Assembly (NCBI GenBank): GCA_963833125.1
Contig: CAWHWX010000019.1
Location: forward strand, 96,001-160,000
DNA length: 64,000 nt
Direction of reading: 5' to 3'
From: Candidatus Bathyarchaeota archaeon
GTDB taxonomy: Archaea > Thermoproteota > Bathyarchaeia > 40CM-2-53-6
The position numbers were made by a program, and so were the translations under genes. Below, piece by piece: positions 31,589-42,891 of the stretch. Each line of letters begins with the position of its first letter. Positions within the stretch are counted from its first letter, which is position 1. The notes below the pieces were generated by a model. The model made no database searches. It had not been told where the DNA came from and saw only the letters and a program-made list of their open reading frames with translations.

Positions 31589-31792
31589 GGCAAATCAAAC
31601 GCTTCTGGGAGCTGATCCTACTTAACAAATTTCGGAAAGAGGCGTTGGTTGCAGGTTCTTCATTTGCCTATATAACGGAATAGCAGCAATTCACATAGAG
31701 ATATGCGAAGAAGTTTCTGGCTTACGAACTTTTGATAAGGCAAGACGTCACGCATATTGATTCCCCTTTAAGGTGCAACGGAGGTTCAAAGT

Positions 31793-33303
31793 ATGCCCAA
31801 GCTTGCCGCAATCGATGTTGGTTCCAACGCTATGCGGCTCGCTATTGCATCAGCTGACGACGATGGCAGAATCCACATAATCCACACAGACCGCGAGGCC
31901 GTGCGCTTAGGAGAGGACGTATTCGCGACTGGCGAAATATCTGACGCTCGCCTTGTTGAAGCAATGAATGCATTCCTCAAGTTTCGGAAATTGATTAATC
32001 AACATAAGGTCAAGTCGGTGAGAGCTGTTGGGACTAGCGCTCTAAGGGAAGCTAGGAACCGAGAGTACTGCATAGGGCAAATTTCCAAGGCCACGGAGAT
32101 AATGGTAGACGTAATCAGCCCAGAAGAAGAAGCTCGCCTAGTCTACGTAGCTGTATCAAGAACTCTTAGGCTTGAAGGAAAAGTTGCGCTCCTCGTTGAT
32201 GTTGGCGGCGGCAGCGTGGAGATTAGCCTCGCAACGGAACGTGAGATAATTGCCACTGAGAGCTTCGGAATCGGTACCGTAAGGCTGCTACAAATGCTCG
32301 ACCATCGGAAAAGAGGAGACAGGGTTTTCCGGCAACTCGCCCGTGAATACATCAACGTTTCCGGAACCCGGCTTAGAAAGGAAATCGGTGAACACGCAAT
32401 AGACCTCTGCATTGCGACGGGAGGCAATGTTGAATCACTCGGAGACTTCGAGTTCAATTGTGTGACGCCAACAATGACACGTCTATCTCACTGGATGAGC
32501 TCGACTCTATTCTCAAACAACTCCAATCAAGGTCGTACGAAGAAAGGGTCAAAGATTTCGGGCTTCGACCGGACAGAGCTGACGTCATTATCCCCGCCAT
32601 AATTGTGCTCCAAATTGTGGCGAAGGAGGCGAGGATTCAAGAAATCGAAATTCCTCGGGTTGGAGTCAGAGAAGGACTACTCATTGACATGGCACGGGGT
32701 TTGGGCCGCGGTTCGGGTCCACCCGACCGAACTCAACTCATCACTTCAGCGAGGCTTCTGGGAAGAAAATATGATTATGAGGCCGAACACGCACAAACTG
32801 TTGCAAGATTTGCAGTCGCTCTATTTGACGCGACCAAGAAACTCCACAAACTTGATACAACCGAACGAACTTTGCTTGAAGTGGCCGCACTCCTTCACGA
32901 CATTGGATATTACATTGGGACATACAATCACCACAAGAACTCCTGGTATCTGATCAACGCGTCGCCCCTGATCGGCGTGGATGACTCCGATAAGAGCGTC
33001 ATTGCCCTTGTAACTCGTTACCACAGTCGTTCTTTCCCTAAGTCGAGTCACAAGGAGTTCATGGATATCTCGCCGAAACGACGGAGGACTGTGGTAAAAT
33101 TGGCCAGTATTCTTCGATTAGCTGAAGCGCTTGACCGCGAACACTCCGGGCGAGTTGAAAGCGTGAAAGTTACTGTGAGAAAGAAGAAGTTAATCTTGCT
33201 CCTTAAAGGCAAGGGTAACCTCTTACTTGAGAGGTGGGCGCTAAATTCCGGGTCGAGGTTGTTCGAGAAAACCTACAAGAAGAAGATAGTGATCGCGCCA
33301 TGA
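31793..33303 (+). CDS. ppx: Exopolyphosphatase Ppx/GppA with HD domain (frameshift near 32447)
   Basis: AIDVGSN, GTSALREA.N, EEEA.L, DVGGGSVE, DRADVI, GVREG, AALLHDIG. Confidence 0.93.
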
Positions 33304-34878
33304 GTTCGTCAGAACAGAAGCCGCTACCCGGGAAGCTGATCGCCGTAGAAGGAATTGATGGTTCGGGAAAATCCACTCAAATCTATCTGCTCCGCAGATG
33401 GCTTGAGTTAGAACGGTACAAGGTAATTTTCACGGAATGGAATTCATCTTCTCTGGTGAAAAAGGCAACACGGAAGGGAAAAAAGAAACGCCTATTGACG
33501 CCAACGACATTTTCTCTGATCCATTGCACCGACTTCGCCGATAGATATGAGAGACAAATTCTTCCGTTACTGCGAGCCGGCTACCTAGTACTTGCCGACC
33601 GCTACGTATACACAGCTTTCGTTCGTGATATGGTTCGGGGATGCGACCCGGAATGGGTGAGGAATCTCTACAGTTTCGCACGACACCCAGACGTCACATT
33701 CTTCTTTGACGTCCCATTAGAGACGGCACTCTCACGGATTCTAGAAGGCCGTCCGGAGTTGAAGTATCATGAGGCCGGCATGGACCTCGATCTCTCCCCC
33801 GATCCCTATGAAAGCTTCCGAAGATTCCAAGGTATGCTGAACAACGAATACCACAACATCGCCCCCAAGTACAACTTCATAGTAATAGATGCAAGCCGCC
33901 CCCCCGACGACCAGCAACAATCAGTCCGATTTCGTCAACCAGCGAATAGATCTATCAAAACATAAGGCGAAGGGACCACTGCCGTTTCCACCTGGACTCC
34001 TCGCGGCTCGCTTCCCGGAGCAGAAATTTAAGAGTGCTCTGGGAGAGGCGCCACAAGGGAAACCGCTGCAAACCGTGGATCCCGCTAATGATGTGCTGAC
34101 ATTAGCGGATGCTGGAGACGTGACATTTCCGTTCCAGATTAATGGCTCTGAAAAGCATTTCTTTGGCAAAGGCCTTCCTAAGGTCAACCTCGCACAACTC
34201 AAGGGAAAACTGCTCGTCGTCGAAGGGTCAGATGGATCAGGAAGATCTACACAAATCGACCTATTGCACAAGCACCTAGAAGTCCTCGGCTATCCGACAA
34301 TAGACGTCGGTCTAAAACGGTCACGTCTGTATCCGGAATTGCAGGAAGCTCTTCTGGGGAATACGCTAAGCCCTGTCACAATGACCCTCTTTTACGCGAC
34401 CGACTTTGCAGATCAGCTCGAGAACAACATCCTTCCCGCCCTGAGGGCTGGTTTCGTAGTGCTTGCCGACCGTTACATCTACACGCTCATGGCCCGTGAA
34501 GTCGTCCGGGGGATGAGTAGGGAATGGGTGCAGAAAATGTACAGTATTGCCTTGGTTCCCGATGCCGTGTTCTACCTCGCTGTCAGCCCTCGCATTCTCG
34601 CAGAACGCAACCTCATGAAGAGCGGATTGCTCGACTTCTGGGAATCGGGAATGGACATTCGCCGTTCGGGGGACATGTACCAATGCTTCGTCGATTATCA
34701 ACGAAAAATGCGCGCAGAATTCCAACGCATGGCTTTGGATTACAAATTCGAAACCATTAACGGAAACAGATCCCCCCTTGCTATACATCGAGAATTGAGA
34801 TCCAAGGTCGAAAAAGTTCTATCGAGATTACCACCAATTGAGACTCATCACGATAAGGAGCCTGCACCCAGCAATTGA
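33300..34878 (+). CDS. Tandem thymidylate-kinase-like domains, probably one fused protein; candidate family-3 polyphosphate kinase
   Basis: Domain 1 EGIDGSGKSTQ...ADRY; domain 2 EGSDGSGRSTQ...ADRY; frames join near 33930; ATGA overlap with ppx; CHAD and SixA downstream. Confidence 0.75.
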
Positions 34879-35114
34879 GAAAAAGAAAAAGTTCGGTAAG
34901 AAAGAAACAGGTCCCGCAAACGCGCAGAGCCCCGGCGCGGCGCAGATTGAGCCGTTCAAGAACAATATTGCAAGATAAACGGCTGGCGATAGGTAAATCG
35001 AGGAGAAAGCAAACCAAACCCGAACACGTTCCACAAAAGCCCTCCAAAAAACCAAAACCGAAACCAAACCAAGACCGAGACCAAAAACAACACAGAAACC
35101 GAAGCCGGCAGTGA
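34875..35114 (+). CDS. Highly basic K/R/P/Q-rich 79-aa ORF, or frameshifted N-terminus of CHAD-SixA
   Basis: TTGA and GTGA 4-nt overlaps at both ends; low-complexity basic sequence. Confidence 0.5.
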   Translation: MRKRKSSVRKKQVPQTRRAPARRRLSRSRTILQDKRLAIGKSRRKQTKPEHVPQKPSKKPKPKPNQDRDQKQHRNRSRQ

Positions 35115-36568
35115 AATCTGTAAGGTCTGTCGCTCTCAAGAAAGTCCCCAAACGTAGAGTAGCTGTGAAGGCGGCCCTTCGACGAACATCCGGCGGGAGG
35201 GACGTCCTGAATTTCATTATTCTAGCCCTAGACAAGCGATGGAACGATTACCTAACAAGTTTGAAGCGCTATCAGCAGCTAGCTTCGGTTAAGAATGTCC
35301 ACGATCTCCGCGTTAGCATTAGACGCCTCACTACAACCATAGATTTGATCGATAGATTCAATCCGGATAACGTAGTCCGGCAGGCTCACGTCAAACTCAA
35401 GGACCAACTCCAAGAGCTAAGTGTTCTTCGAGACGTTCACATCGAAATGGTAAGGATGCGAGGTTTTCTGAAAGAACTACCCGAGACGAAGGAGTTCTAC
35501 GACGAGCTACGTGACAAGGAAACCAAGTATCTAAAGTCCGCCAATAAGATCCCCTGGAAATCGGATAGAAGATTTATTGAAAACGCCGTCAACAGAGCTA
35601 GGATTAGGCTAAACGCCCGGCGCGCCACTACTACGTCAGAGAATTCTCGCAGAATAGTCGACGCCGCGTTAGACGTTTCTTTTGATAACTTGAGCAAGAA
35701 ACTTGAAGATGTTACGCCCGCGGATTATGCCTCGATTCATCGAGTGCGGCTTGCCTTCAAGCCGCTGCGGTATACAATTGAGATGCTGCAGCCAGTGGTG
35801 GGACTGGATAGTCGGCAGCTTAGAACCGCCACGCTTCTCGCACGACTAATGGGACAGATTCAGGATCTCGAGGTTCTCATGAAAGATCTAGTTGAGTTCA
35901 GATGGAAGAAAGGAAATGTACCTGGTGCGGTAGTAGAGATATGGTTGGACCTTGAACGACGGAAAATGGAAGCAACCCAACGCTTTCTTAGGTCTATTCC
36001 GAAATTCGGTAACATCTGGAAGCCAGTTATTCATGAACAAACAGGCGTAGCATCCTCAGCTTCCAAGACGTTATTCATTCTTCGGCACGGGATAGCTGTT
36101 ACTCGTGGCGATGCAGCTTACCCTTTAGATTCCGATCGACCTCTAACGATGAAAGGTGTGAAGAGGCTTCGTCGGATCGCCAAGGGCTTGCGTCACTTGA
36201 ATGTTCAGTTTGACTTGATCCTGACGAGTCCGTATAGGCGAGCTTTGGAGACAGCGTTCGTCGTTGGGCGCGAGTACGGGGTGGGACAGATAATTCAAAC
36301 TTCCCAGGCGCTTAGACCCGATGTACTTCCGGAGGAAGCCATCAGAGCCGTGCAAGAGAAGTACTCGCCATGCCGGCGCTTGCTCTTGGTGGGACACGAA
36401 CCTCAGTTGAGTGCGTTGATTTCCACCTTGACAACGGGAAGCGCAAGCGCGAGACCGGTGCTTAAGAAAGGAAGCGTTTGCAAGCTTCAAGTAGAAAAAT
36501 TACTAATGGGCAAGTGCGCAACACTGATCTGGCTGCTTACCCCAAGGCAACTGATCAACATCGCCTAA
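35111..36568 (+). CDS. CHAD polyphosphate-binding domain fused to SixA-type phosphohistidine phosphatase
   Basis: VHDLRVSIRRL, LRD.H, IHRVRLAFK.LRY, MG.IQD; then LRHG, DSDRPLT..G, TSPYRRA.ETA, VGHEP. Confidence 0.9.
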   Translation: MKSVRSVALKKVPKRRVAVKAALRRTSGGRDVLNFIILALDKRWNDYLTSLKRYQQLASVKNVHDLRVSIRRLTTTIDLIDRFNPDNVVRQAHVKLKDQLQELSVLRDVHIEMVRMRGFLKELPETKEFYDELRDKETKYLKSANKIPWKSDRRFIENAVNRARIRLNARRATTTSENSRRIVDAALDVSFDNLSKKLEDVTPADYASIHRVRLAFKPLRYTIEMLQPVVGLDSRQLRTATLLARLMGQIQDLEVLMKDLVEFRWKKGNVPGAVVEIWLDLERRKMEATQRFLRSIPKFGNIWKPVIHEQTGVASSASKTLFILRHGIAVTRGDAAYPLDSDRPLTMKGVKRLRRIAKGLRHLNVQFDLILTSPYRRALETAFVVGREYGVGQIIQTSQALRPDVLPEEAIRAVQEKYSPCRRLLLVGHEPQLSALISTLTTGSASARPVLKKGSVCKLQVEKLLMGKCATLIWLLTPRQLINIA

Positions 36569-36674
36569 AATTCAACTCTCCCACAAATGAATGAGCGAAA
36601 CGTCTGTTGACTCACGGAGAACAAATTTTTAGTCTTCAGGCGCATTTTGTTACCGACGAGAGTTGGGGATCAAG

Positions 36675-37517
36675 TCAGATAGGTACTGTAGGTTTCAACC
36701 TCAAGCCGGTCCGAACTATTATGTTCAGCCCCAAGACTATCATCAGTAGTATGAAGGCTGCCCCCCAAGCGAAGGCGTGCGAGTTGGGATACGGGGAAGT
36801 TCCAAAGTCAAAAATAAGCACGGTCATGGTGGCTGTAGGATCGAAAACAGTGTTCATCATGAATTGGCCGCCGAGAGCCGTGAAGAGTAGGGGAGCGGTT
36901 TCCCCCACGGATCGAGCAACAGCCAGGCAATGCCCGTAATGATTCCGCTCTTAGCGGTCGACACAAGGATGTAGAGGAGAGTCTTTGACACTCCTCCGAG
37001 GGCCAAGCCACCTTCCCTGATATAAGAGGGCACAAGTCTCAGGGATTCGTGTGTCGATATCGCCACAATAGGCATCATCATGAAACTCAGCGCGATCCCG
37101 CCGGCGACGGCTGAAAATCTGTGTAAGGTGGCCACAACCAAAACATACACGACAATGCCCGTCACGATGGACGGAACCCCTGTGAGAACCTCCGCGATCA
37201 GTCTAACGTAGTTTGCGACTCTACCGGGGTATTCGGATAGATAAGCCCCCGGCTAAGAGTCCTATGGGTACACCGATTATGGACGCTATTCCGACCACCA
37301 CTAAGTTACCCTCTAACGCATTCAATATGCCTCCGCCGCTTCCGCCGATTGGAGGGGTGATGTGCGTGAAAAAGTCTGGATTCAGCACGCTATATCCTAG
37401 GGTGGCGGTTTCGTAGAGGATTGAAGCTAATGGGATTATGGGAATTAGGAAGGCAAGTGTGGCTGAAACCGTAAACAGTCTATTGCTGAACCGTCGTCCA
37501 CTCAGGGATCTAAACAT
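36675..37517 (-). CDS. pstA: Phosphate ABC permease PstA (two frameshifts)
   Basis: GGGILNAL.G, G.PIG, GVPSIV.G, LRLVP..IREG.LALG, GETAPLLFT. Confidence 0.9.
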
Positions 37518-38483
37518 CCGTTGACCCCCGGGGATGGAAACTTAGTCTCGAAATTAGTACTCGACCTGCCAGGTTCATCAGAAAAGCGATCGCAAGAGAA
37601 TCAGACCGAGCTCGAATAGAGCGGCGAGGTAAATGTTGTTTCCTGCGACTTCTGTGAACTCATTAGCGATCACGCTTGGGATAGTTTCTGCAGGAAGGAA
37701 AAGTGAAGGGGTGATTCGTGCGACGTTCCCGATGACCATTATGACGGCCATGGTCTCTCCGATGGCCCTGCCCATCGCTAGAACGATGGCCGCGATTATG
37801 CCTGTGCTGGCATACGGAACGACTGCCATTCGGATTGTCTCTAACCGTGTTCCACCCAATGCGATGCAAGCCTCTCGCTGACTACGCGGGACCACCACAA
37901 CAACTTCCCGCATAACTGCGGACGCATACGGGGTGATCATGATCGCCAAAATGAGACCGGCGGTGAGCATTCCGAGTCCGTTTGTTTCACCCGCGAAGAT
38001 TGGAATGAATCCGAGTGAGCCTATAAGTCCGGGATCTATGTAATCTCTCATGAAGGGGACGAGAAAGAATAATCCCCAGAGTCCATAGACTACGCTAGGT
38101 ACGGCAGCAAGTAATTCAACTAGAAAGATCGAGGGCAGTCGCAATTTCCTAGGAGCCAACTCTGATTGAAATAGGGCAACACCCAAGCTTATTGGAACCG
38201 CAAATAATAGCGCAATTAACGTTGTCACTATGGATCCGTACATTGCGGGGAGTGCTCCCAAGATTGGAGGTCCACCGTTGGGCGGATTCGGAATCCATAG
38301 GGTACCTGTCAAAAAGCTGAGCCCTAGGGCTTGAATAGAGTCCAAGCTTCCAGTGTAAAGCGAATACACGGTAAGAGCCGCGATGATTGGAATCGCAACC
38401 GCTGCAATAATTAAGACGAAGTGCAAAAAATCATGGTGCCGTGTCCTTTGACGAACACGGTTTTTCTCGAGTTGCTTTTGCAT
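37510..38483 (-). CDS. pstC: Phosphate ABC permease PstC (frameshift near 37594)
   Basis: ELLAAVPSVVYGLWG, AIMITP, GRAIGETMAV. Confidence 0.93.
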
Positions 38484-38499
38484 TGTGCGCCGCTAGCTT

Positions 38500-39772
38500 C
38501 TATCCGGTCAGGAGGACTGTACCTTGGTAGTTGAGCGTCATCAGTAGTTGTTCGTCAGCTGCAACAACGTTTGCTGGGAGTGGTACGTAATCCAATGGCA
38601 TTGAATACTGCTGTCCATCATGGATTGCCCACCAAAGGAAGTGTACTAGGGCTTGTGCCTTAGCGAGAGTTGTGCTAGGGTTTGCAGACAAGTCTCTGTA
38701 GACGAGGATGTAGGTGTAGGTTGAGATCGGATAGGATTGTGCTCCGGCGGCTTCTACTAGGTGTATTCTAAGATCGTTAGGGTTAGGGGCCTTGCGTTCT
38801 GAGCGGCGTAAAGGATCGTTTGTAGAGTTGGTACGATGAAATTGCCTGCTGGGTTCTTGACCGCGCCTACCCCGAGGTTATTTTGGACTGCGTAGATAAG
38901 ATCAACATAGCCTAATGCTCCGTTGGTGTTCGCCACCGTACCTGCAACTCCGGAATTACCCTTTGAGCCAACGCCATAAGCCCCAAGCTTCGTGTCAACA
39001 GGCCAGGTCACCGAGGTACTGTATCCCACTTGTGCTGCCCAGTTTGGGACGGCAACTGACAAGAAGTTCGTGAAGGCATATGTCGTTCCGCTGCCGTCTG
39101 ATCTGTGTACGGCGGTGATGAAGCCGTTCGGTAAGGCGACACCAGGATTAAGCGCCACTAGAGCTGGATCATTCCATTTGACTATGTTTCCCATGTAGAT
39201 GTTAGCTATGACCTCTGGTGTGAAGTTCAGTGTGACATTATTGCTTACGCCCCATGCTTGCAAATTGTAAGTAATGGCCACCCCACCGAGTGTCTCAGGG
39301 AAAAGAGTGAGACCTGGCGGGCCGCCAACTGTTGGTTGTTTAGTGGAGCGTCGGAGGCACCAAAGTCGACTGTCTTTGCTGATATCTGTTGGATTCCGCC
39401 GCCGCTACCAATGGGATTGTAGCTTATGGTAACTGCAGGGTATAGCTGGTTGTAAGTGACCGTCCATTTCTGAAGTAATGGGGCGGGAAACGTGGCCCCC
39501 GCTCCAAGAAGCGAGACGGGCGTCGTTGGTTGGTATCCTGCTACAGAAGATGTTGCTGACACCATGGAGGTTTCGGTCATGGTCGCTGAAGTCATCACCG
39601 ATGACGCTGACGACATCATCGACGATTCAGAAGACATAACTGATGCTGTTGACATGCTTTGAGCTGTGCTACTGTTCATTGTCGTGAAGTAGTATCCTCC
39701 TGCAACTGCCGCCAATATGACGACAACAAGAGCAACTATTCCGACATTACGCTTGTTATTCTTGCTCGACAT
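38500..39772 (-). CDS. pstS: Phosphate-binding protein PstS with N-terminal TM and M/S/T-rich linker (two frameshifts)
   Basis: GAGATFP, GSGGGI, DFGASDAP, HRSDGSGTT, YPISTYTY, YVPLP. Confidence 0.92.
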
Positions 39773-39826
39773 GCGAATCATCGCGAGCGCACGTAGCCTC
39801 CCATTCTTATTTAGCCAAAACGCATT

Positions 39827-39876
39827 GTGAACATGCGTACATATGTGTGTTCACCATCATCTATATGATTCATATA
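39827..39876. promoter_or_regulatory. Two inverted repeats in the divergent pstS/pstB intergenic region
   Basis: GTGAACA-N14-TGTTCAC (39827-39854) and TATATGA-T-TCATATA (39862-39876). Confidence 0.5.
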
Positions 39877-39929
39877 ACTCGCATTCAATTACTCAATGAT
39901 CACAGTAACCGAATGGTCGGTAGCGAAGC

Positions 39930-40758
39930 ATGACTTCAGAACTCTTAACGGAGTTGCGCAGTACTCCAGAAACCGACAAGAGAGCTCTAGATTTGTCCAC
40001 CCTAAAGGAAAAAATGCAGGTAACCAGCCTAAGCGCAGGATTCGGTCGAAAAAAAGTTTTGGATGACATATCAATCTCGTTTAAGGAAAATACCGTTACC
40101 GCTATAATCGGCCCTTCAGGATGCGGGAAGTCCACATTCATCCGTTGCCTCAACAGAATGCATGAGGTCAACCCAGATGCATGGACTACCGGTCACATAA
40201 TACTCGACGGCGAAGACATTCTTGCCCCCTCGATGGATCCTGTAGTCGTCCGTCGAAGGATAGGGATGGTATTCCAAAAACCGAACCCATTCCCGACAAT
40301 GTCAATTTACGATAACGTCGGCAGGCCTTCGGTTGAATGGCGTTCACGATCGCAAGGTTATCGCTGAAAAGGTTGAAGAGAATCTTAGGAAATCTTTCCT
40401 TTGGGACGAGATCGGCGACAGGATAAAGGAATCGGGGACCAGCATTTCAGGTGGACAACAACAGCGGTTGTGCATCGCACGCACCTTAGCCGTGGAACCT
40501 GAAGTAATTCTCATGGACGAGCCGTGCTCAGCACTCGATCCCATAGCAACCGCAAAGATCGAAGAACTCATAACCAAACTGAAGTCCACCTACACCGTAA
40601 TCGTCGTAACGCACAACATGCAACAGGCAGCTCGCATCTCCGACCTAACCGGATTCCTATACCTTGGCAGGCTCATCGAGTATGGGCCGACGACAGAAAT
40701 ATTCCAGAACCCACACAATGAGCTCACAGAGCGCTACATTAGCGGAAAATTCGGGTGA
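39930..40758 (+). CDS. pstB: Phosphate ABC ATPase PstB (frameshift near 40320)
   Basis: [45 protein letters not shown]. Confidence 0.95.
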
Positions 40759-40764
40759 AGCTCG

Positions 40765-41391
40765 ATGCCGCGGCTCATGGACATGGGAGAAGAAAGGCTC
40801 TCCAGCGCAATCGTGGACATGTCAAACCTGGCCCAAGACTCAGTAGTGAAAGCCATCGAGGCCTATGAGAAAGGGCAGAAAGCAACTGACCTCGCGCGCA
40901 AGAGAGCAGCTCAACTAGCGCAGTTAAGCGCGGAGGTTGAGGAACTTGGCGTCGACCTCTTGGCACGTTATCAACCCGTAGCAACTGATCTACGTTTCAT
41001 CAAATCTTGTCTTGAAATTGCATATGGTTTTTCTCGATTCGGCAGATACGCCTTCGACATCGCACTGGTTTTAGAGACGTATGGCGACTTATCGCTTTGT
41101 GACAAATCGGTCGTTCACGAGTTAAGCGAGAAAGTTAACGGCATGATCGAAAGAAGCATCCAATCTTTCAAGACTCGCGACACGGAACTCGCTCGGTCAT
41201 TACGAAAGGACGACGATGAGGTTGACAAAGTGTACTACAAGTACACCGCCGCGATGGCCACCGATAAGTCCGTCACGGTTCGATGCGCCCTCGCATCTAC
41301 TTTGGTGTTAAGATATTTGGAAAGAATTGCTGATCATGCCTGTTACATCGGAGATTCCGTTGTCTACATTGTAACTGGATCGAAGGCCTGA
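40765..41391 (+). CDS. phoU: Phosphate signalling protein PhoU
   Basis: ARYQPVATDLR, DDEVD, LERIADHA. Confidence 0.92.
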   Translation: MPRLMDMGEERLSSAIVDMSNLAQDSVVKAIEAYEKGQKATDLARKRAAQLAQLSAEVEELGVDLLARYQPVATDLRFIKSCLEIAYGFSRFGRYAFDIALVLETYGDLSLCDKSVVHELSEKVNGMIERSIQSFKTRDTELARSLRKDDDEVDKVYYKYTAAMATDKSVTVRCALASTLVLRYLERIADHACYIGDSVVYIVTGSKA

Positions 41392-41393
41392 CC

Positions 41394-42511
41394 ATGAAAG
41401 GGGATACGCAGAATCCGAAGAAGGAGACAGACGAAGAGCAATCTGCGCCTGAGGATCGGTATGTTCGCCGTGTACAGGTCACTGGCCCGGATCCTACATA
41501 GTATCGTTGCCTAAGCCTTGGGTTCAGGAGGCGGGCCTGAGAAAGGGAGGTAGAGTTGAATTTAGTAAGCAGGAAAATTGGGGACTCACTCTTACGCCGT
41601 TCGGGAGCACTAAGTACGATGACGAACGCACCCGATGTATCTTGTCACTTAATTCCAATATCGACCCCGATGCTTTAACCCGAATGATAATCTCGCTTTA
41701 TGTTGCTGGATATTCGACGATTGAGATCAGATCAAAGTCAGGAAATCTCTCTTCTAAGATTCGAGACACGATTCGTGATGTTGCGAGGGGTAAGCTTGTG
41801 GGCACGGAGTTGGTTACTGAATCTGCCCAGAGCGCAACCCTGCAGGTGCTCTTAAGCTACCCTCAATTGCTCGTACCGGACGCTCTGAGAAGAATGCTGT
41901 CAATTCTAAACGCAATGCAACAGGATTCCATGCAAGCCCTCTCCAGATTGGATAAAGATTTGGCAAATCAGGTTGTCAAGATTGACGATGAGATCGACAG
42001 GTTCAGCCTGTACGTGATTAGGCAACTAAAGTGGGCCGTAAAACACCCCACCCTACTTTCGAGAATCGGTTTAGCCTCGCCCGTGGAATGCCTTGGGTAT
42101 AGGATCATCAGCAAGAGCGTTGAGCGTTCTGCAGATCATGCTGCAAGGATCGGAGTGAACGTCCTTCTTCTGCAGCAGGCGCCTGGAGCATCCTTATTCA
42201 AGGACGCCAACGCGCTGAGCCAGCAATCGTCAAGAATGATGGAGACCTCGCTTCGAGCTTTGTTCGCCAGCGATTACAAACTTGCGGAGAGCGTGCTTTT
42301 TGAAGGTGCGAAGGTTACTGATCTCGAGTCGAGGCTAGTTGAGAGATTACTGAAGGAGAAGCTTCCAGCGGGCGACCTCTCCGCGATGCGCTTGATTTCA
42401 GAAAGCCTAAGACGAATCGGAGAATACGCAACCGACGTTGCGGAAGTCGTCCTCAATTCAACTATTCAAAAAATGTTGGACCAATCCGACGGTATCGAGG
42501 CCGAGCCATAG
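41394..42511 (+). CDS. AbrB-domain / PhoU-domain phosphate uptake regulator (frameshift near 41487)
   Basis: RRVQVTG-GSYIVSLPKPW AbrB motif across the frameshift; DDEIDR, ERSADHA, RIGEY. Confidence 0.88.
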
Positions 42512-42526
42512 AGTGCGCAGTTGGCG

Positions 42527-42715
42527 CTAATCGGAAACCGAGACGACGTGGATTCTAGGTCGAAAGACAGCCCTTGCGGTGATATTGACCGCATAGCCCC
42601 CATGCAGGCCACAAAACTCTTCGCAGGATTCGGCGACCTCAACATCCGTATACCCAAAGCCGCAAAGTTCACACACGTAGATCATTCCATATCTGCTCTG
42701 TCTTCGTTCAACCAA
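42527..42715 (-). CDS. Small zinc-finger protein (62 aa)
   Basis: YVCELCGFGY......A.SCEEFC..H; upstream GGTGA SD on the minus strand. Confidence 0.65.
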   Translation of the reverse strand: MVERRQSRYGMIYVCELCGFGYTDVEVAESCEEFCGLHGGYAVNITARAVFRPRIHVVSVSD

Positions 42716-42732
42716 TATCTTTCACCAGGCTG

Positions 42733-42891
42733 TCATACCGCGGCTAGCGGGACGAGATCCTCCCTCATGTAGAATCCCTTGAAACCGCAATTGTCGCACT
42801 TCGCCCCTATGGGTGAATCGCCGTCGTCATAGTATAGGTTGAGGCTTAGGAGTCCACACTTCGGGCACTCGGAGCCGATCTCTTTCTCCAT
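42733..42891 (-). CDS. Small Zn-ribbon protein (52 aa), not in ORF track
   Basis: MEKEIGSECPKCGLLSLNLYYDDGDSPIGAKCDNCGFKGFYMREDLVPLAAV*; CPxCG plus CxxCG. Confidence 0.72.
   Translation of the reverse strand: MEKEIGSECPKCGLLSLNLYYDDGDSPIGAKCDNCGFKGFYMREDLVPLAAV

Noticed and set aside
33300-34878. Annotation as ordinary thymidylate kinases (tmk)
   Set aside because: Duplicated domains, a K-to-R P-loop variant and ppx/CHAD/SixA context argue for a polyphosphate role
16638-42511. Frameshifted transporter, pst and ppx genes as pseudogenes or further mRNA introns
   Set aside because: The breaks I inspected need only 1-2 nt fixes and show no BHB structure or accumulated stops
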